DNA of 64,000 nt from Acidimicrobiia bacterium (GTDB taxonomy: Bacteria > Actinomycetota > Acidimicrobiia > IMCC26256 > JAOSJM01): assembly GCA_027494165.1 (NCBI GenBank), contig JAOSJM010000005.1:1452461-1516460 (forward strand). Reading direction: 5' to 3'. The notes beneath the pieces were generated by a model. That model had not been told where the DNA came from and searched no databases. It saw nothing but the letters and a program-made list of their open reading frames with translations. Position 1 is the stretch's first letter, and each line of letters opens with the position of its first letter. Positions 31,605 through 40,629 of the stretch are shown here, piece after piece. The position numbers and the translations under genes were made by a program.

Positions 31605-32401
31605 ACCGCCTCCTGCGCGACGCGGCCCCGATCTCCGGCGCGGCCTGGGCGGCGGTCGACGACGAAGCCCGCCGGGCCCTACGCCACTTCCTCGCCGCCC
31701 GCCGGTTCGTGGACTTCAGCGGCCCTCGCGGGTTCGACCTGGCCTCGATCCCGGTCGGCCGGCTCGGGTCGACCGGGGCCTGGCTCGGTGAGGGCGTCGA
31801 CGTCGCGCTGCGCGAGAGCCAGCCCGTCGTCGAGACCAGCGTCGACCTCACCCTGCGCCGGGCCGGGCTCGAGACGATCGAGCGCGGGGGCGAGCCCGAC
31901 CTCGAGCCCGTGCTGGAGGCCGCCCGCCGGGCGGCCCTCGCCGAGGATCGGGCCGTCTTCCAGGGCATCGACGAGCGCGACCTGCCGGGGATCGTCCCGG
32001 CGTCGCCGCACGAGCCGATCGGCATCGGCGACGACTACACCCAGTACCCCACCCTCGTGACGAGGGCGGTCGAGCAGCTCCGGCGGGCCGGGGTGGGCGG
32101 TCCCTACGGCATCGTGCTCGGACCCCGCTGCCACGCCGGCGTGCTGGAGACCACCGAACGGGGCTACCCGGTCATCGAGCACCTCAAGCTCGTGCTCGAC
32201 GGGCCGATCGTCCCCGCCGACACCGTGTCGGGGGCCGTGGTCCTGAGCGCGCGGGGTGGCGACTACGAGCTCGTGAGCGGGGTCGACTTCGAGATCGGCT
32301 ACCGCTCCCACGACGCCGAGACGGTCACGCTCTTCCTCCGGGAGACCTTCGCCTTCCGGGTGCTCGAGCCGGCCGCCGCGGTCGCGCTCGTCCATCCCTG
32401 A
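31601..32401 (+). CDS. enc: family 1 encapsulin nanocompartment shell protein (HK97 fold, Cfp29/linocin-like)
   Basis: The 266-aa protein aligns along its whole length with mycobacterial Cfp29 (MNRLLRDAAPISGAAWAAVDDEARR...GGPYGIVLGPR...GYPVIEHL...IGYRSHDAETVTLFLRETFAFRV). Confidence 0.88.
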   Translation: MNRLLRDAAPISGAAWAAVDDEARRALRHFLAARRFVDFSGPRGFDLASIPVGRLGSTGAWLGEGVDVALRESQPVVETSVDLTLRRAGLETIERGGEPDLEPVLEAARRAALAEDRAVFQGIDERDLPGIVPASPHEPIGIGDDYTQYPTLVTRAVEQLRRAGVGGPYGIVLGPRCHAGVLETTERGYPVIEHLKLVLDGPIVPADTVSGAVVLSARGGDYELVSGVDFEIGYRSHDAETVTLFLRETFAFRVLEPAAAVALVHP

Positions 32402-32578
32402 GGCGCACCCGCGGTCCCGGGCTCGGCCGGCGATCCCGCCGGCCGGCGCCGGCCGCCCGGCGCGTCCACTCGCTCCCCGAGGTGTCGTCGGCCCCCGCCG
32501 GGGGGGCGGGTCGGCTCCCTGCTCCGGTGACGAGCGGCGGACGGTGGCAGGCTGGTGCCGCACCGACGAGGGGACGCC

Positions 32579-33490
32579 ATGAGGCTGGGGATCTCGCTGC
32601 GCAGCGCGCACGCCGTCGACGACGCCCGCGTCGGCGCACGCTGGATGGTCGAGCGGGCGGTCGTGGCGCGCGAGGCCGGGCTCGACTCGCTCTTCGTCGG
32701 GGACCACCACGCCGTGCCCGTCCCCTACTACCAGAACACCGCGATCCTCGGTCGCCTGCTCGCCGAGTGGGGGGACCGGCCGGCGGGCGCGCTCTACCTC
32801 CTGCCCCTGTGGCACCCGGTGCTGGTGGCCGAGCAGGTCGGCACGCTGGCGGCGATCGCCCGGGGACGGTTCGTGATGCAGTGCGCGGTCGGCGCCGGGG
32901 CCGGGCAGTTCGGGGCGCTCGGCGTGGCCCCGGCCGACCGGGCGTCCCGCATGGAGGCGGCCCTCGACGTGATCCGCCGGCTCCTCCGCGGCCAGGAGGT
33001 GACCTCGGACGGGCCGTGGCGCATCGGACCGACCCGGATCGCGCCCCTGCCGCCCGAGCCGGTCGAGGTGTGGGTGGGAGGTCATGCCCCACCGGCCGTC
33101 GACCGGGCCGCTCGGCTCGGGGACGGGTGGCTGGCCGGGCCGGAGCTGCTCCCCGCCGAGGCCCGGGACCTGCTCGAGGCGTACCGGGAGCGCTGTCACG
33201 TCCACGGCCGGACCCCGAGCGCGATCGCCATCCGCCGCGACGTCCACGTGGGGGCCGATCCCGCCGACGCCCGCCGGGTCGCCGAACGCGTGCTGGAGCG
33301 GGGCTACCGGGGGTTCCGGCCCGGGGTCTGCGTCGTGGGCGGGGTGGAGGAGGTCGCCGGGGAGCTCCGGGACCTCGGGTCGATGGGCTACACGGACGTG
33401 ATCGTGCGCCACCTCGCCGACGACCAGGGCGAGGCGCTCGCCTCGATCGCCCGGCTGCGCGAGGTGCGGGCCGCGCTCATCGACGCCTGA
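32579..33490 (+). CDS. LLM-class (luciferase-like) F420/flavin-dependent oxidoreductase
   Basis: MRLGISLRSAHAVDD...LDSLFVGDHH...VWVGGHAPPAVDRAARLGDGWL matches the bacterial luciferase-like TIM barrel pattern. Confidence 0.8.
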   Translation: MRLGISLRSAHAVDDARVGARWMVERAVVAREAGLDSLFVGDHHAVPVPYYQNTAILGRLLAEWGDRPAGALYLLPLWHPVLVAEQVGTLAAIARGRFVMQCAVGAGAGQFGALGVAPADRASRMEAALDVIRRLLRGQEVTSDGPWRIGPTRIAPLPPEPVEVWVGGHAPPAVDRAARLGDGWLAGPELLPAEARDLLEAYRERCHVHGRTPSAIAIRRDVHVGADPADARRVAERVLERGYRGFRPGVCVVGGVEEVAGELRDLGSMGYTDVIVRHLADDQGEALASIARLREVRAALIDA

Positions 33491-33514
33491 GGGCGCGCGG
33501 GAGGGCCCCTGGTC

Positions 33515-33795
33515 TCCTGCCGGGTCGGCACGTTTTCGGGGCTGTGGACCCGGTTCCGCTCCAACCCGGCCGAAATGACATGGGGTCGGCGCGCCGGGGC
33601 TCTGGACCCCGATTCCGCTCCAACCCGGTTGAGTGACATGCCCGGGTCGGCGCGTGCGGGGCCGGTCTCCTGCCGGGTTGGCGCGCTTTCGGGGCTGTGG
33701 ACCCCGTTTCCGCTCCAACCCGGTTGAAATGACATGCCCGGGTTGGCGCGTGTTCGGGGTTCTGGACCCCGATTCCGCTCCAACCGAGCGCTCCG
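33515..33795. repeat. tandem array of 4-5 degenerate ~72-bp nested-palindromic units (locus 2 of the family)
   Basis: Units of the form CGGGT(C/T)GGCGCG...CGGGGCTGTGGACCCCGATTCCGCTCCAACCCGG+TTGAAATGACATGCC. One unit carries an extra half-copy. The units are contiguous and have no unique spacers. Confidence 0.85.
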
Positions 33796-33798
33796 GGC

Positions 33799-34701
33799 TC
33801 AGGGCTCGACGAGGACACCGACGACGTCGTGGACCGCGTAGGCCGTGCCGGCGGAGAGGCGCGCGCTCCCGACGGGGACCGGACGGCCCGCGATGCCGGG
33901 GCCGGTCAGGACCACGTCCGCGGTCCAGGTCGCCCGGACCGTGAGCGAGCGGGAGCCCCGGATCTCGAAGTCGAGCCGCGCCGCGGGGTCCCCCGCCCGG
34001 CCCGGCAGCTCGGAGGCCTCGGCGGTCTCGCCGCGGTCGGTCTCCCATGCCACGGCGGCGAGGCGCGCCGTGCCGGTGACCGTCCACGGCCCGATCGACA
34101 CCGCGACCGCCACCTCGGTCGGGCCGTCGTACCACAGGTCCGTGGCCATCCCCACCAGCCCGACGGGCGGGCTGGTCCCGGTGCGCGGCGGCGGGACCTG
34201 GGACAGGGCCCGGGCCCAGATCTCCCCGATCGACGGGACCGGTGGCAGCGGAGGTGGGGCGGGAGGCTCCCCGCCGAGGTCGTAGGGCACGCAGACCGTC
34301 TCGGACGCGAGCAGGTTCCCGGCCAGGTCGAGGGTGAGGAGGCGGTACGACCAGCCCAGGGCGTGCTCCGGGGGTCCGGTGTCGCAGAGGTGGTCGAGCG
34401 GCGTCCCCCCGGCTCCCGGGGAGTCGGCCGCGACCCACACGTGCTGCACGACGTCCGGACCACCCGCCCCGCCCGGGCCCACCGCCTCCCAGGTCCCCGA
34501 GCCGCCGGACCCGGCTGTCCCGGGAATCCCGATCTCCACCGTGATCGTGCCGTCGGGGTCGAGGCCGCCCCCGTGGGACGGTTGCCCGTCGGCGAGCGCG
34601 GTCCGGGGGACGAGGAGGACGATGGCCGCGGAGACCACTGCGGCGGCGACCGACGTCGTGCGCCGGGCGGGGCCGGGCGGGTCGGTGGCCCGTCCGGTCA
34701 C
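33799..34701 (-). CDS. secreted hypothetical protein
   Basis: GTG start with signal peptide VTGRATDPPGPARRTTSVAAAVVSAAIVLLVPRTALA. About 300 aa, Pro/Gly-rich with two Cys. The start overlaps the upstream lipoprotein stop (GTGA). Confidence 0.55.
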   Translation of the reverse strand: MTGRATDPPGPARRTTSVAAAVVSAAIVLLVPRTALADGQPSHGGGLDPDGTITVEIGIPGTAGSGGSGTWEAVGPGGAGGPDVVQHVWVAADSPGAGGTPLDHLCDTGPPEHALGWSYRLLTLDLAGNLLASETVCVPYDLGGEPPAPPPLPPVPSIGEIWARALSQVPPPRTGTSPPVGLVGMATDLWYDGPTEVAVAVSIGPWTVTGTARLAAVAWETDRGETAEASELPGRAGDPAARLDFEIRGSRSLTVRATWTADVVLTGPGIAGRPVPVGSARLSAGTAYAVHDVVGVLVEP

Positions 34702-35399
34702 AGCTCCACCACCAGGTCCTCGACGGCCGCCGACCAGTCCGCGATCCGCCAGCGTCCGCCCCGGTCGGCGACGAGCACGACGGTCCAGGCGTACGGGGTC
34801 CCCCGGGGCCACTCCTCGACGAGCTGCCCGCTCGCGTCGACGATGCGCTCGCTCTCGTGACGGTCGACGAGACGGAGGCTCGCGGCGTCGGGGAGGACCG
34901 ACAGGACCTCCACCGACAGGACCTGGTACCCCGCGTCGGCCCAGCGGTACCCGCGCTCGACGAGGAGCTCCTGCCAGGCGAGCTTGTGCTCGTAGGGGAG
35001 TGTCCCGGGGACGTAGACCTCGTCGAGGAGCGACGGGTCGGGGTTCTCCCCGATCCATCGTGACGCGAGGATCAGCGACGCCAGGATCGCCGCGTGGTCG
35101 TCGCCGGTGTTGACGATGCGTGGGCGGGGGATGCCGTGCAGCGAGCCGGCCGGGAGCGGTCGTGACAGGTCGGGCGCCGGCGCGGCCGTGACCGCGGTGG
35201 TCGGCGTCGTGTCCGGCGCCGGCGTCGACGCGGGCCCGGGCGCGGCATCGCCGGTCGTCGTGGAGGTCGCCGGTGGGGCCGGGACGGGACGCCTCGCCGG
35301 ATCGGCGCCCGCCCCGGCCCCGCGGCCGCAGCCCGCGGCGATCGCCACGAGGACGATCCATCCCAGAGCGCCTCTGAGTGCACCAGGGTGCGTCACCAT
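34698..35399 (-). CDS. hypothetical lipoprotein
   Basis: Lipobox LVAIAAGCG with a Pro/Thr-rich linker. Conserved-looking C-terminal domain (EVYVPGTLPYEHKLAWQELLVERGYRW...). Confidence 0.55.
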   Translation of the reverse strand: MVTHPGALRGALGWIVLVAIAAGCGRGAGAGADPARRPVPAPPATSTTTGDAAPGPASTPAPDTTPTTAVTAAPAPDLSRPLPAGSLHGIPRPRIVNTGDDHAAILASLILASRWIGENPDPSLLDEVYVPGTLPYEHKLAWQELLVERGYRWADAGYQVLSVEVLSVLPDAASLRLVDRHESERIVDASGQLVEEWPRGTPYAWTVVLVADRGGRWRIADWSAAVEDLVVEL

Positions 35400-35449
35400 G
35401 CCCCGCTCCGCCGGTCAGGACACCAGTCGCGGCGAGCCTACCCGGTTGT

Positions 35450-35700
35450 CCCAATCCGGTCGAGAGGGATGAACCGTCCCCGGTCGGGTTGGTGCGGGAT
35501 CGGGGTCGAGAACCCCGAAGCGCGCCAACCCGGGATGGAGGGAGATGGAGGGAGATGGAGGAGCGTGCCAACCCGGCGAGACGACGGGTCCGGTTGGTGC
35601 GGGATCGGGGTCGAGAACCCCGAAAGCGCGCCAACCCGGGATGGAGGAGATGGAGGGAGATGGAGGAGCGCGCCAACCCGGGATGGAGGGGGGGACGGAG
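35450..35700. repeat. two ~110-bp units of the palindromic element in opposite orientation, each followed by a (GGAGGGAGAT)n-like purine microsatellite (locus 3 of the family)
   Basis: ggttggtgcgggatcggggtcgagaaccccgaa(a)gcgcgccaacccgggatggagggagatggag... occurs twice. It is the reverse complement of the 12.1-kb and 33.5-kb core. Confidence 0.85.
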
Positions 35701-35710
35701 CTTCCCCGGG

Positions 35711-36937
35711 CTAGGCGGTGTGGTCCGAGACCCAGGCCAGGATGCGGAAGTACACCGTGAAGATGGCGTCGCCGTAGTGGCTCGCCGTCGCCCACGTCCC
35801 GGTCAGGCCGCCCCACGTCGGGGCGACGCCCCGGAGCTGGAACTCCCCGAGGCGGGGCAGGACCGGGGGGTTCGCCAGCGCGTCGACGGTGAGGCCGGCG
35901 TCGGCGTAGGCCCGCAGGAGCTGGATCTGGGCCCGCACGCCGCTGCGCGCGTCGGGGAACGAGTACCCGGTGTCGCAGCTGTCGCAGGCGCCGATGCCGG
36001 CGAAGTTGTTGTCGGTCGTCCGGACCTGGCCGTAGTCGGGGAGGTAGAAGTGGCCGGTCTCGAGCACCGACTGGGCGAACGCCACGTCGCCCCGGACACC
36101 CTCCGCCGCGCCCTCCTCCACGAACATCCGGGCCAGCTCCCGGATCGGCACGGTCGTGCGGGCGCGCACCCCCGTCGACTCGAACCAGGCGGCCAGCTCG
36201 TCGCCGCTGAGCCGGGAGCGCCCGAGGATCGGCGTGCCGGGCCCGGCGGACACCGAGGTCCAGCGGTCGAGGGCCCAGCGGGCCCGGCCCAGGGCCGCCT
36301 CGGCGTCGACCACGGCCGCCTCGGCCTCGGGGATCTGCTGCTCGAGGCGGACGAGCCGCTCCCCGAGCTGGCGGCGCTCGGCCACGACGGCCTCGAGCGC
36401 CGCGCGGGCCGTGGCCTCGTCCTCCCGGAGCCGCTGCACGAGCCGGAGCCGCTCGTCACTGGCCTGGGCGAACAGCTCGGCCCGCCGCCGCACGTCGAGG
36501 AGGTCGTCGGCGCTGGCGAGGGCCTCGAGCTCCCCGAGGTCCCCCCGCCCGACGTACGCCCGGACCGCCACCCGTTCGAGCTTCGCCCGGGTGGTGGCGT
36601 AGCGGGCGAGCGCGTCCTTGGCCTCGATCTGGCGGGCCACGGTCCGGGCCTCGGCGTCCTCGAGGCGGGCCCGGGTGTCGACGAGGTCGGCGTACAGGCC
36701 GTCCCGGTGCTGCGACGCGGCGAGCAGCCGGGCCTCGGCGTCGGTGACCTGGCGGCCGAGCGCCGCGACGCGGACCGCCGGTGAGGTGGAGCCTGCCGCT
36801 CCGGAGGTGGTGGGGCTCGCCGCGCCGACGACCGCCGGCCACGACGCCGCCAGCGCGACGACGATCGACGCCGGGCGGGCGAGCCGCCGGCGCGGGCGCG
36901 ACCACGGGCGCGACCACGGGCGCTTCACGAGGATCAC
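35711..36937 (-). CDS. secreted coiled-coil protein with C-terminal glucosaminidase (FlgJ/mannosyl-glycoprotein endo-beta-N-acetylglucosaminidase-like) domain
   Basis: Signal peptide, then a long Ala/Arg/Glu-rich coiled coil. The C-terminal domain carries ...SVLETGHFYL...NNFAGIGACDSC..., resembling the PF01832 catalytic motifs. Confidence 0.6.
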   Translation of the reverse strand: MILVKRPWSRPWSRPRRRLARPASIVVALAASWPAVVGAASPTTSGAAGSTSPAVRVAALGRQVTDAEARLLAASQHRDGLYADLVDTRARLEDAEARTVARQIEAKDALARYATTRAKLERVAVRAYVGRGDLGELEALASADDLLDVRRRAELFAQASDERLRLVQRLREDEATARAALEAVVAERRQLGERLVRLEQQIPEAEAAVVDAEAALGRARWALDRWTSVSAGPGTPILGRSRLSGDELAAWFESTGVRARTTVPIRELARMFVEEGAAEGVRGDVAFAQSVLETGHFYLPDYGQVRTTDNNFAGIGACDSCDTGYSFPDARSGVRAQIQLLRAYADAGLTVDALANPPVLPRLGEFQLRGVAPTWGGLTGTWATASHYGDAIFTVYFRILAWVSDHTA

Positions 36938-37100
36938 ATCGGCATCTGGGGCCGCCGCACTGTACCCGGTTCTGCCGCGCAGCGACCCGGCTGCGCGCGT
37001 TGGGTGGCCGAACGGGCCCTGGCGGCGGGCCCGGACCGCGGTCGGTGGGGGGCGCGCGGGCGGATCGACCGCCGGTCGCTAGCGTGCGCGCATCGCGTTC

Positions 37101-37364
37101 GTGTCCAGGGAGTCCCACGGAGCCGCCGTCGAGGCCGGTGGCCGGACGATCGTCCCCGTCGCCGCGACCGTCGGCCTCCGGTTCGGCGGGAAGCGCGGGG
37201 GTGTGTTCTGGGCGCGCACCGGTCCCCGGCGGGTGGAGGTCACCGAGACCGGCGGGGAGCGTCGCGTCGTCGTGGTTCCCCGACGCGAGGCCCGGATCCG
37301 CGCCGGGATCCTGATCGCGGCCCTGGCCGCGGTCCTCGTCGTGCGAGCGAGGAGGTCACGATGA
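37101..37364 (+). CDS. small protein, putative GerW/YtfJ-family (Spore_YtfJ-like), hypothetical
   Basis: 87 aa: GGRTIVPVAATVGLRFGG...GGVFWARTGP with a C-terminal hydrophobic helix. The stop overlaps the next start (ATGA). Confidence 0.4.
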   Translation: MSRESHGAAVEAGGRTIVPVAATVGLRFGGKRGGVFWARTGPRRVEVTETGGERRVVVVPRREARIRAGILIAALAAVLVVRARRSR

Positions 37365-37852
37365 GCGAGCCCACCGTCCCTCCGTCGGGGCCGGGACAGG
37401 GGCCCGACCCCGCGGTCCTCGAGAACCTCGGTGCGCGGGTGGAGCGTTGCCTGGGTCGCCTGGTCGAGGACACGACGGCGGCGCAGGTGTTCGGCCCGCC
37501 GGTGCAGGTCGGGGAGCGGACCGTGATCACGGCGTCCGTCGTGCAGCGGGCCGGGGGTTCGGCTTCGGAGCGGGATCCGGCAGCGACCCCCGGGAGGGGG
37601 TGGGGCCGGCGGCGGGGCCGGCTTCGGCGGGTCGAGCGAGGGCCGTCCCGTCGCGGTCATCGACGTCGGGCCGGAGGGCGTCACGGTCCGTCCCGTGCTC
37701 GACCTCACCCGGATCGGGCTCACGGCGCTCACGGGCCTGCTCGCCGTCTGGCGCTTCGGCCGCCGTCCCGGGGGCATCGGGGAGGTCGAAGGGGCCCGGG
37801 CCGCCAGCGCCGCGGCGGTCCCGGCCGGCGCCACCCGGCGGTCCCCGGCGGC
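37361..37852 (+). CDS. GerW/YtfJ-family protein, at least two apparent frameshifts (37553-37557 and ~37640)
   Basis: RBS GAGGAGG precedes ATG 37361. The protein is split across three frames: ...VFGPPVQVGERTVITASVVQRAGG / GFGFGAGSGS...GPAAGPASAG / RPVAVIDVGPEGVTVRPVLDLTRIGLTALTGLLAVW. Together they make a typical YtfJ-like protein. Confidence 0.5.
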
Positions 37853-38560
37853 TAGCTCACCCCGGGGATCGCCGTCGAAGAGCTCGTCGCGCTCGCCGGG
37901 CCGGCGCCCGCCCGCCACGGCGACGGGTCCGTAGTGCTCGAGGAAGGCGGCCATGATCTCGTCGACCGGCAGGTCGGCGTAGGTGCCCCGGTCCGCGAGG
38001 TACTCCATGTGCCGGTCGCCCCCCGCGGTGTGCTCCTGGAGCAGGGCGTCGTGGACGCCGTCGAACTCGAGGGGCTTCACACCGAAGCGGTCGCACAGCT
38101 CCCGGTTGAACGCCGGGGTGGCCTTCACCCAGCGGCCGCCGAGGTACAGCTCGGTGTACCCGTGGAAGACGAACAGGTCGGTGCCCATCCGCTCCCGGAG
38201 CCGCTCGCTCTGGAGGTGGTTGCGGACGTCGGCGAAGCCGAGCCGGGCGGGGATGCCGACGGCCCGGGCGAGGGCCGCGAGCAGCACGGCCTTGGGCACG
38301 CAGAAGCTCGCGGGGGTTTGGAGCACGGCGCTGGCCCGGAAGGACGACACGTCGTCGACCGCGGTGTAGGGGTCGTAGCGGATGCCGTCGCGCACCGCGT
38401 GGAAGAGCCGGACGGCCCGCTCCCGGTCGGTGGCGGCGTCGCCGACGATCTCACGGGCCCGGGCGACCACGCCGGGGTCGTCGGAGTCGACGTACTCGCC
38501 CGGATCGAGGTACCGGGCGGGGTCGTCGTGGCCGCCGGGGTCGGCCGGGAGCGTCACCAT
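37850..38560 (-). CDS. transglutaminase-like superfamily protein (3' end uncertain, probable frameshift)
   Basis: ATG at 38560. About 230 aa match the bacterial transglutaminase-like cysteine protease core (...FCVPKAVLLAALARAVGIPARLGFADV...FHGYTELYLGGRWVKATPAF). The remainder of the 493-aa ORF is GC-frame junk. Confidence 0.6.
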
Positions 38561-38615
38561 GGCCGCAGCCTACCGGCGGTCACGCGAGAGCCGTCCGGGG
38601 GTCGGCGACGACGGG

Positions 38616-39317
38616 TCAGGGACGGGGTGGCGTCGGGCCGGCCGGGCGGGGCGACCAGATCGGGTAGTCGATGCCGGCCAGCCGGTTGATGGCGAAGCCC
38701 TGGATCACGAGCAGGACGACGGCGAGCATGAGCACGAGGAGCTGCTCGGGCTCGCGCAGGATCCCGAGCGACACGATGAGCGTCGTGGCGCCGGCGGGAG
38801 GGTGGGGTACCCGGGCCCACACCATCGCCCCGCTCGTCAGGCCGAGCGAGAGGGCGGCGGCGCCGACCCGTGCCGCGGTGACGCTGGTGGCGAGGGCCGG
38901 CGGGTCGTCGGTGAGCCCGAACACGACGAGGGCCAGGTACCCGGCCGCCGCCCCGATGGCGTGACCCCCGACGGTGTTGCGGGGAGACGCCGCCGGCGCC
39001 GTCGGCGTGTAGAAGAGCAGGAACGCGGTCGGGCCGAGCGACGGGAAGACGAACGGCTCACCGGTCACCCACGCCGCCGCGGCCATGATCGCGATGGAGA
39101 TGAGCCCGTTCACGAACGCGAACAGGCCCATCACGGTGGTGTTGGAGCGCCGGGCGGTGAGGGCGGGGATGCGGGCCCGGCGGGCCAGGCCGAAGACGAC
39201 CGCGGCCATGTCGCCTCCGATCGGCCCCGGCCGCCTCGGGTGCTCGGGCGCCTCGGCGGGCCGGGGATCGGACCCCGCGCCGGGTGGCCGGTCGTCGCCG
39301 TCGCCGCGGTCGGTCAT
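38616..39317 (-). CDS. HPP-family integral membrane protein
   Basis: Four to five TM helices and the signature ARVPHPPAGATTL. Confidence 0.7.
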   Translation of the reverse strand: MTDRGDGDDRPPGAGSDPRPAEAPEHPRRPGPIGGDMAAVVFGLARRARIPALTARRSNTTVMGLFAFVNGLISIAIMAAAAWVTGEPFVFPSLGPTAFLLFYTPTAPAASPRNTVGGHAIGAAAGYLALVVFGLTDDPPALATSVTAARVGAAALSLGLTSGAMVWARVPHPPAGATTLIVSLGILREPEQLLVLMLAVVLLVIQGFAINRLAGIDYPIWSPRPAGPTPPRP

Positions 39318-39510
39318 CGCTCCCGCAGGTACCGGTAGAAGGCCACGGATCCCGCGGCCAGCACGAGCGAGCACGCGGCCGAGACCCACGCCAGGCCGGG
39401 GTCGTCGGCGAGGAGGGCGTCGAGGCCGACGGTGAGCAGGAAGATCTGCAGGGACAGGAGCACGATCACGTACACGCCCACCGCGGAGGAGACCTTGCGG
39501 CCCAGCCGGC

Positions 39511-40014
39511 TCATCCGGGCCGGGCCCCCAGCGCCCAGACCGTGCCGTCGGATCGGACCTCGACGTCGATCCGGCCGAGCGGGCGCTGCGGAGGCCCCGC
39601 CCGCACGTCGCCGGTCCGGGCGTCGAAGAACCCCTCGTGGCAGGGGCACACCAGCTCCTCCTCGGCGGCCGAGTAGTAGACGACGCAGCCGAGGTGGGTG
39701 CACTTCTGGCTGAAGGCCGCGAGCTCGCCGTCGGGGAAGCGGACCAGGATCGCCGGGTCCTGCGAGCCCGGGTAGCGGAAGAGGTACGTGCCGTCCTCGG
39801 GGATCCGGTCGAGCGCGACGATCGGGCGGGGCTCCCCCTCGTTGACGCTCCGCAGCGAGGCCCACGCCGCGATGCCCACGCTGCCCGCGGCGAACGCCCC
39901 CGAGGCCAGCACGAGGTAGCGGACGAACTCCCGCCGGGTGACGTCGTCCTCGCCGGCCGACGTGTACGGGAAGTCCTCCCGCCAGGTCGCCTCGTTCGTC
40001 GCGTCCTGCGTCAC
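39511..40014 (-). CDS. Tat-exported Rieske [2Fe-2S] domain protein
   Basis: Twin-arginine signal [18 protein letters not shown]. Rieske boxes CTHLGC and CPCHEG. The start overlaps the stop of the upstream Fe-S subunit. Confidence 0.85.
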   Translation of the reverse strand: MTQDATNEATWREDFPYTSAGEDDVTRREFVRYLVLASGAFAAGSVGIAAWASLRSVNEGEPRPIVALDRIPEDGTYLFRYPGSQDPAILVRFPDGELAAFSQKCTHLGCVVYYSAAEEELVCPCHEGFFDARTGDVRAGPPQRPLGRIDVEVRSDGTVWALGARPG

Positions 40015-40629
40015 GATCCCTCCTCGATCCCGAACGGGTCGTCGAGCCAGCGGGTGTCCCGGGTCCCCAGCACGTCGATCGGCCCCTCGGAGACCACGAC
40101 CGTGTGCACCTTCGTGCGCACGGGCTGGTTCCCGAAGACGAAGTCACCGGTGAGGAGCCCGGTCCGGGTGGCGGCGAACCGGTCGAGGGTGCCGAACCAG
40201 AGCGCCTCGCTGGGGCAGACGGAGGCGCACATCGGCGCGAGGCCGACCGAGGACCGGTCGTAGCACATGTCGCACTTCATCATCTGCTCGAGACCCGCCA
40301 TGTGCTTCGGGACGCCGAACGGGCAGGCCAGGACGCAGTTCGAGCAGGCGATGCAGCGTGGCTTCAGGGCCGACTGCACGACCCCGTCCTCGTTCTGCTT
40401 GATGGCGTCGGCGGGGCACACCTCGGCGCAGGTGGGGTCCTCGCAGTGCATGCAGACCATCGGGACCGTCTGGGGGGTCGTCGCGGGGTCGACGAAGTCG
40501 AGGTGGATGAGCGAGTGCCCCCGGTGGGTCCCGCACTCCTCGCAGGCCGTCACGCAGGCCTGGCAGCCGATGCAGCGGCTCTGGTCGATGACGAAGACCT
40601 TGTCGGCCAGGCCCGGGAGCGCGTTCACG
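40011..40629 (-). CDS. 4Fe-4S ferredoxin-type iron-sulfur subunit (DmsB/NrfC/HybA-like, four clusters)
   Basis: GTG start. Four Cys clusters: [40 protein letters not shown] and [21 protein letters not shown]. Confidence 0.85.

Noticed and set aside
33515-33795. Possible CRISPR array (regularly spaced ~72-bp repeats)
   Set aside because: The whole unit is repeated contiguously and the inter-core segments (TTGAAATGACATGCC) are themselves conserved. There are no unique spacers. Each unit is an extended palindrome, and the same core occurs singly at 12.1 kb and inverted at 35.5 kb. No cas genes are nearby. These features fit a REP/MIRU-like element rather than CRISPR.
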